This document shows, piece after piece, positions 59,870 to 64,000 of a stretch of DNA of 64,000 nucleotides. This stretch comes from an uncultured Prevotella sp. GTDB taxonomy: Bacteria; Bacteroidota; Bacteroidia; Bacteroidales; Bacteroidaceae. The DNA lies in assembly GCA_946183415.1 (NCBI GenBank), contig CAMHAM010000009.1:19797-83796 (forward strand), written 5' to 3'. The notes beneath the pieces were generated by a model. That model was not told the DNA's origin and ran no database searches. It saw only the letters and a program-made list of their open reading frames with translations. The first letter of the stretch is position 1. Every line of letters starts with the position of its first letter. The position numbers and the translations under genes were made by a program.

Positions 59870-60196
59870 ATGAGAAAAGTGAATGTGTATTACGGTGATG
59901 TCTATGCCGGGCAGCTCGTTGAGTTGTCAAGGGGCAGCTATGAGTTCACCTACGATGATGCTTTTCGTGCCGACGGCAGCACCCCTCCTGTGTCTGTCAA
60001 CTTGCCCAAGAGTCAGAAGGTGTATCACTCAGAGCGCATCTTCCCCGTGTTCACCAACATGTTGCCTGAAGGAGCTAACCGCAGGGCATTGTGCAGAGCG
60101 AAGAAAGTTGACGAGAACGACTTTTTCGGTATGCTGGAGATGATTTGCGGCATGGATGCCATCGGGAAGTTTGTACTTAGAAGACCAGAAGAATGA
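59870..60196 (+). CDS. HipA N-terminal domain protein (HipS-like)
   Basis: YEFTYDD, PVSVNLP, FPVFTNMLPEG, DAIG. Confidence 0.85.
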   Translation: MRKVNVYYGDVYAGQLVELSRGSYEFTYDDAFRADGSTPPVSVNLPKSQKVYHSERIFPVFTNMLPEGANRRALCRAKKVDENDFFGMLEMICGMDAIGKFVLRRPEE

Positions 60197-61200
60197 AGAC
60201 GATAGAAGTTTGCCCATCGACATTGCGGCCAGGTTTTTCTACCTATTCGCCCCGAGCCGTCAAGGAATTGTTTGATGGTATTATGGTTTCGCCCTTTATT
60301 GACATCGATTTCGAGAACGAGCGCGACCAGCAGCAGGCGATGGAGAACATGAACAATATGTCAATCTCCGGTGCTCAGGAGAAATTCTCCGCCATCATTG
60401 ATGACGGGAAAATCCGTCTGGCTCATAAAGGCGAACAAGCCACCTATATCCTGAAGCCAGCACCTTTCAACCTGAGTCTCTCCACCCGCAAACAGATACC
60501 TGCCAACGAGCACCTGACCATGCAGATAGCATCTCAGGTCTATGGCATACGCACCGCCAGCAATGGCCTGTGTTTCAGCAGCAGTGGCCAGCCTGTGTAT
60601 ATCACGAAGCGCTTTGACGTGATAAACGGCGTGAAAGAGAGTTCGCAGGAGGACTTTGCCACCGTTCTGCAGATGACAGAGGAAGGCAGCGACAGCAATT
60701 TCAAATATCATGGCAACTATGCGCAGATAGCCGATGCCATCCGGCAGTTCGTGCCTGCATGGATGCCACAGATGGAGCAGTTCTTCCGGATGGTAGTGTT
60801 TGATTATCTGTTTGCTAACGAGGATGCCCACATGAAGAACTTCTCATTGATAAACAGAAACGGCGAGTATTTCCTGGCTCCTGCATACGATCTTATCAAT
60901 ACCTGCATCCATATCCAAAGTGGCAGCGACCTGGGACTGATGGACGGGCTTTCGCCAGATATTGAGAAAAGCGATGTGTATGACAGGACGTTGCATCCCT
61001 GTAGGCTGGACTTCGAGCGATTTGCGGAAAGAATCGGATTGCCTAAAAAACGTGCTGCCTCTTTGCTCGATATGTTTATGGAGATTCCACAAAAGACATA
61101 CGCACTCATCGACCACTCCTTCTTGAATGACAAGATGAAACGTACATACAAGCGTGTCATTGAGGAACGGAAAACACGTTTCATTCGACAGTCAGAATAA
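60193..61200 (+). CDS. HipA-family Ser/Thr kinase toxin (HipT-like)
   Basis: SISGAQEK, YILKP, NEHLTM, YITKRFD, NEDAHMKNFS, LAPAYDL. Confidence 0.88.
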   Translation: MKTIEVCPSTLRPGFSTYSPRAVKELFDGIMVSPFIDIDFENERDQQQAMENMNNMSISGAQEKFSAIIDDGKIRLAHKGEQATYILKPAPFNLSLSTRKQIPANEHLTMQIASQVYGIRTASNGLCFSSSGQPVYITKRFDVINGVKESSQEDFATVLQMTEEGSDSNFKYHGNYAQIADAIRQFVPAWMPQMEQFFRMVVFDYLFANEDAHMKNFSLINRNGEYFLAPAYDLINTCIHIQSGSDLGLMDGLSPDIEKSDVYDRTLHPCRLDFERFAERIGLPKKRAASLLDMFMEIPQKTYALIDHSFLNDKMKRTYKRVIEERKTRFIRQSE

Positions 61201-61209
61201 ATTTTCTGT

Positions 61210-61248
61210 CGCTCGGCTATGCCGCTTGCCGTCAAACGGCACGTCAAA
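61210..61248 (-). mobile_element. Short hairpin element, copy 2 (variant, inverted)
   Basis: Minus strand TTGACGTGCCGTTTGACG-GCAAGCGGCATAGCCGAGCG; last 20 bp match 62037-62056 with one mismatch. Confidence 0.55.
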
Positions 61249-61250
61249 CG

Positions 61251-61376
61251 GTAGCAGATGTGGAACCAGACAAATACGACTTCGAGCGAGGACAGGAATA
61301 CCGCATCGTCAAAGAGTTCTTCAAGAAAGGGAAGAAGGTACCGCAAAGCGTCTATTGCTATTTTTCATTTGAGTAA
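61251..61376 (+). pseudogene. 3' remnant of an unidentified gene
   Basis: Open frame VADVEPDKYDFERGQEYRIVKEFFKKGKKVPQSVYCYFSFE* with host-like codons and no clear start, beginning right at the hairpin element. Confidence 0.4.
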
Positions 61377-61405
61377 TCCATACCCTTCGAAATGTTACAA
61401 AACCC

Positions 61406-61487
61406 CTGAACATTTGTTCAGACTTTCACCCCCGATAGTATTTTTTGTCTCGCTATGAACGCTTTTGTGGGAAATTTAGTAACTTTG
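61406..61487 (+). promoter_or_regulatory. Palindromic operator and promoter upstream of the crp-like gene
   Basis: CTGAAC-ATTT-GTTCAG (61406-61421), TTTCACCCCCG, -7 box TAACTTTG (61480-61487). Confidence 0.6.
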
Positions 61488-61507
61488 CAGCCAAACAAAC
61501 ACTGACG

Positions 61508-62120
61508 ATGGAACAGAAATTCGGGAAAAATAGCATTGACATCAAGGTGCTGCGCGAGTTTTGCGAGCGCGAGGGCAAGATGGTGGAGTACCGCAAGGGC
61601 GAACAGCTGGAGCGCGAGGGCGACCCCGCACGGTGGTTCGGCTTCGTCACCGAAGGGTGCTTCAAGTACGTGACACACGGCATCAGCGACGACAAGGAGC
61701 ACATCACATGGTTCTCGTTCGAAGGCGAGTTTGCGGGCGACTATCCCGCCTGCCTCGACGGTGGCCCGGCACTGACCACGATCGAGGCGATGGTGCCCAC
61801 CCGCATCATCCGTGTGAGCGGCGAACAGCTGGTGAAGCGGTTCAGTCAGGACAAGAAGTCGATGGATCTGCGCTGCCTCGTTGCCGAGCATCTGCTCAGT
61901 CAGGCCCGTGCCCGCTACACCGACCTCCACCGCGCCACAGCCCGCGAACGCTATGAGTTGCTGCTGCAGCGCTGTCCCGGCATTGTTGAGCATCTTGCCT
62001 TGCAGGACATCGCCTCGTTCTTGCGTCCCGTTGGTAGCAAGCGGCAAAGCCGAGCGCCTGAACGTCACTCCCAAGACCATCAGCATGATCCGAAAGGATA
62101 TCACTTTCGGCAAGGATTAG
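61508..62120 (+). pseudogene. Crp/Fnr-family regulator, frameshifted in the HTH by a 37-bp insertion
   Basis: cNMP-domain YRKGEQLEREG..GFVTEG..FSFEGEF; ERYELLL..LQDIASF, and the expected LNVTPKTISMIRK..* continues in another frame (stop 62118-62120); as written it reads to 62146. Confidence 0.8.
62020..62056 (+). mobile_element. 37-bp double-hairpin insertion element, copy 1
   Basis: CTTGCGTCCCGTTGGTAGCAAG-CGGCAAAGCCG-AGCG; deleting it restores GCC TCG TTC CTG AAC GTC (ASFLNV). Confidence 0.7.
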
Positions 62121-62137
62121 CCACAGATTTTACAAAA
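62078..62137 (+). repeat. Direct repeat, left copy (3' end of the crp-like gene)
   Basis: 48 bp identical to 63561-63608, about 60 bp with 2 mismatches. Confidence 0.92.
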
Positions 62138-62273
62138 CAACAATGATCAATTTACATGCCTATTATTGTGCTTTGTTTGCTGACATCGAACAAAAATCAC
62201 CTTTTTTGTTTGCTGGTATCAAATAAAAGTATTATCTTTGCCCACGTTTTCATATTTTCAATACAAATGCATC

Positions 62274-63542
62274 ATGGCAATAACGAAAGAAACATTCCGT
62301 ACCCTGATTCATGAAGGACAGGAAGAGATAAGAGACGTTGAGTTATATAATCGCCCGTTTGACTTCGAAGAAAACGGACGCTATGTACTTGTCGGAGTAC
62401 GTCAGGCGGGTAAATCCTATATGCTATATAAGCGTGCCAGACAGATGATGGAAGCAGGCTATCAGTTAGAAGATATGGTGTATATTAACTTCGACGATGA
62501 ACGCCTAATGGGTATGAAGGCAGACGAACTTGACCTTATTCTTCAAGCCTATCAGTCTGTATATAACCATGTGCCTGTGCTATTCTTCGACGAGATTCAG
62601 AATGTTGAGGGCTGGGAACATTTTGCCCGTCGTCTGGCCAACAAGAAATACCATGTCTATATCACTGGCAGTAATGCCAAGATGCTGAGCCGGGATATTC
62701 AGACTGTACTTGGTGGGCGATTCTTCGATGCGCTGATATATCCCTATACCTTTTCGGAATACTTGGAAGCCAAAGAAATCATACTGGAGAAGGAATGGCA
62801 ATATGGCAGCCAACGTGCGGTGGTGCAACAGTCTTTTGCAGACTATATGAAGTGGGGCGGTTTCCCTGAACTGCTCTTATTCCGTAACAAACGCAATTGG
62901 CTTAACGGTCTCTATGAAAAGATTCTCTTGGGTGACATCATTCAACGCAACAAGGTAAAGAATGAGATGGCATTACGGCTGACCATGAAGCGATTGGCAG
63001 AAAACGTTATGCAGCCCATCTCATATAATCGCGTTGCTAACCTGATACGCTCCACAGGGACGAATATAGCCGTTTCTTCTGTCAGCGACTATGTGCGTTA
63101 TGCACAGGATGCCTGCATGTTGTTTTCATTGGAGAACTATGCTTCGAAGTTCGTGGAGAAAGAGACGGTGAAGAAACACTACTTTGTTGATAACGGTCTG
63201 CTGAGCATCTTTTTGTTCAACGGTGATACAGCGCTGTTGGAAAATCTCTGCGCTATTCATCTGCGCAAACGCTATGGAGAGGAATTGTGCTACTATAATA
63301 AAAATGTCGAGGTTGATTTTCTCATAGCAGAAGAAGGCTATGCCATTCAAGCCTCCTATTCTATCTATGGTGAGGGCATGCAGGACACTTTTGAGCGTGA
63401 GACCAAGGCATTGAAACAGTTGGATACTTTCCTTTCATTGAAGCGTATGGTAATTGTAACTAACGACGAAGAGGGAACAGTCCCGTTAGAAAACGGCAAA
63501 CAGATTGAAGTAATTCCTGCATGGAAGTGGTTGCTTGAATGA
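62274..63542 (+). CDS. ATP-binding protein (AAA_14 + DUF4143, PD-(D/E)xK-like tail)
   Basis: GVRQAGKS, FFDEIQNV, ITGSNAKMLS, WGGFPE, KHYFVDNG, EVDFLI..AIQAS, IPAWKWLL. Confidence 0.88.
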   Translation: MAITKETFRTLIHEGQEEIRDVELYNRPFDFEENGRYVLVGVRQAGKSYMLYKRARQMMEAGYQLEDMVYINFDDERLMGMKADELDLILQAYQSVYNHVPVLFFDEIQNVEGWEHFARRLANKKYHVYITGSNAKMLSRDIQTVLGGRFFDALIYPYTFSEYLEAKEIILEKEWQYGSQRAVVQQSFADYMKWGGFPELLLFRNKRNWLNGLYEKILLGDIIQRNKVKNEMALRLTMKRLAENVMQPISYNRVANLIRSTGTNIAVSSVSDYVRYAQDACMLFSLENYASKFVEKETVKKHYFVDNGLLSIFLFNGDTALLENLCAIHLRKRYGEELCYYNKNVEVDFLIAEEGYAIQASYSIYGEGMQDTFERETKALKQLDTFLSLKRMVIVTNDEEGTVPLENGKQIEVIPAWKWLLE

Positions 63543-63560
63543 CATTCTCTATACTCTAAA

Positions 63561-63620
63561 CATCAGCATGATCCGAAAGGATATCACTTTCGGCAAGGAT
63601 TAGCCACATATTTTACTAAA
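63561..63620 (+). repeat. Direct repeat, right copy
   Basis: CATCAGCATGATCCGAAAGGATATCACTTTCGGCAAGGATTAGCCACA duplicated from 62078. Confidence 0.92.
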
Positions 63621-63623
63621 ACT

Positions 63624-63707
63624 CTTAACCTGGGTAAAGAGTTTCACCCCCGGCATCCGATTTTCGGTCATGTCGGGGGCTTTTTCGTGGGACTTTCTGT
63701 AACTTTG
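63624..63707 (+). promoter_or_regulatory. Operator, hairpin and promoter upstream of the GNAT gene
   Basis: CTTAAC-CTGG-GTAAAG (63624-63639), TTTCACCCCCG, stem CCCCCGGCAT..ATGTCGGGGG plus T run, TAACTTTG (63700-63707). Confidence 0.6.
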
Positions 63708-63735
63708 TGGCTCGGAATGGCAAAATTATTGTAAA

Positions 63736-64000
63736 ATGAAACATCTGAAATTGGAACTAAGACATTGGACGCAAGCAGACGCAATGGAACTGACAAGCCT
63801 GTGCAATGCTGTTGACAGGCGTTTCCTTTCAGACCGTCTGCCCAATCCTTATACAGAAAAGGATGCGGAAGAATGGCTGAAGACGGTTTCTGAGAATGAA
63901 GCAGTTACTGGTATATATCGAGCTATTGTATATGATGGGAAACTCATAGGCAGCATATCGGTTGAGAAGAAAGATGATGATGCAGAAATCGGTTATATGC
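63736..64000 (+). CDS. GNAT N-acetyltransferase, RimJ/RimL-like (runs off the window)
   Basis: Hand translation MKHLKLELRHWTQADA..LPNPYTEKDAEEWL..RAIVYDGKLIGSISV..AEIGY. Confidence 0.8.
   Translation, partial: MKHLKLELRHWTQADAMELTSLCNAVDRRFLSDRLPNPYTEKDAEEWLKTVSENEAVTGIYRAIVYDGKLIGSISVEKKDDDAEIGYM

Noticed and set aside
61418-62113. 231-aa minus-strand ORF over the crp-like gene
   Set aside because: Antisense shadow with no recognisable motif; the plus strand has clear Crp signatures
55726-64000. Prophage or ICE
   Set aside because: No integrase, relaxase, transposase or structural genes in view; treated as a mosaic accessory region that may extend beyond the window

Overview
Bacteroidota chromosome segment, most like a rumen/gut Prevotella-type genome (TAnnTTTG/TTTG promoters, SusC/D, T9SS SprA). 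Mostly housekeeping genes: a glycine-cleavage operon with split GcvPA/PB, dinB, purN, ddh, ruvA-sprA, nadB, dacB-mscS-serB-mutY, etfB-etfA-acyl-CoA dehydrogenase, dnaG-cls, rsmD and a RecD-like helicase. There are three accessory regions. (1) A compact levan-type fructan utilisation locus (28.0-37.7 kb) whose BT1754-like sensor lacks its kinase and receiver domains. (2) An uncharacterised envelope operon (43.3-47.6 kb) coupling a TMEM43/LUMA homologue to a membrane-anchored CbbX/SpoVK/EccA-type AAA+ ATPase that may face the periplasm; this is the best candidate for an undescribed system. (3) A mosaic region from 55.7 kb to the end, with an ECF/FecR/outer-membrane receptor trio, a HipBST-like module, a Crp gene frameshifted by a 37-bp hairpin element, an AAA ATPase gene bracketed by a 48-60 bp direct repeat, and a reused promoter module. 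Short repeats also sit in frame inside proteins (7-mer arrays in gcvT, lpdA and mutY; a 70-bp palindrome in the FecR-like gene), and two small ORFs are missing from the ORF track. No rRNA, tRNA, CRISPR array, integrase or transposase was seen. All family assignments come from reading motifs by eye, not from database searches.
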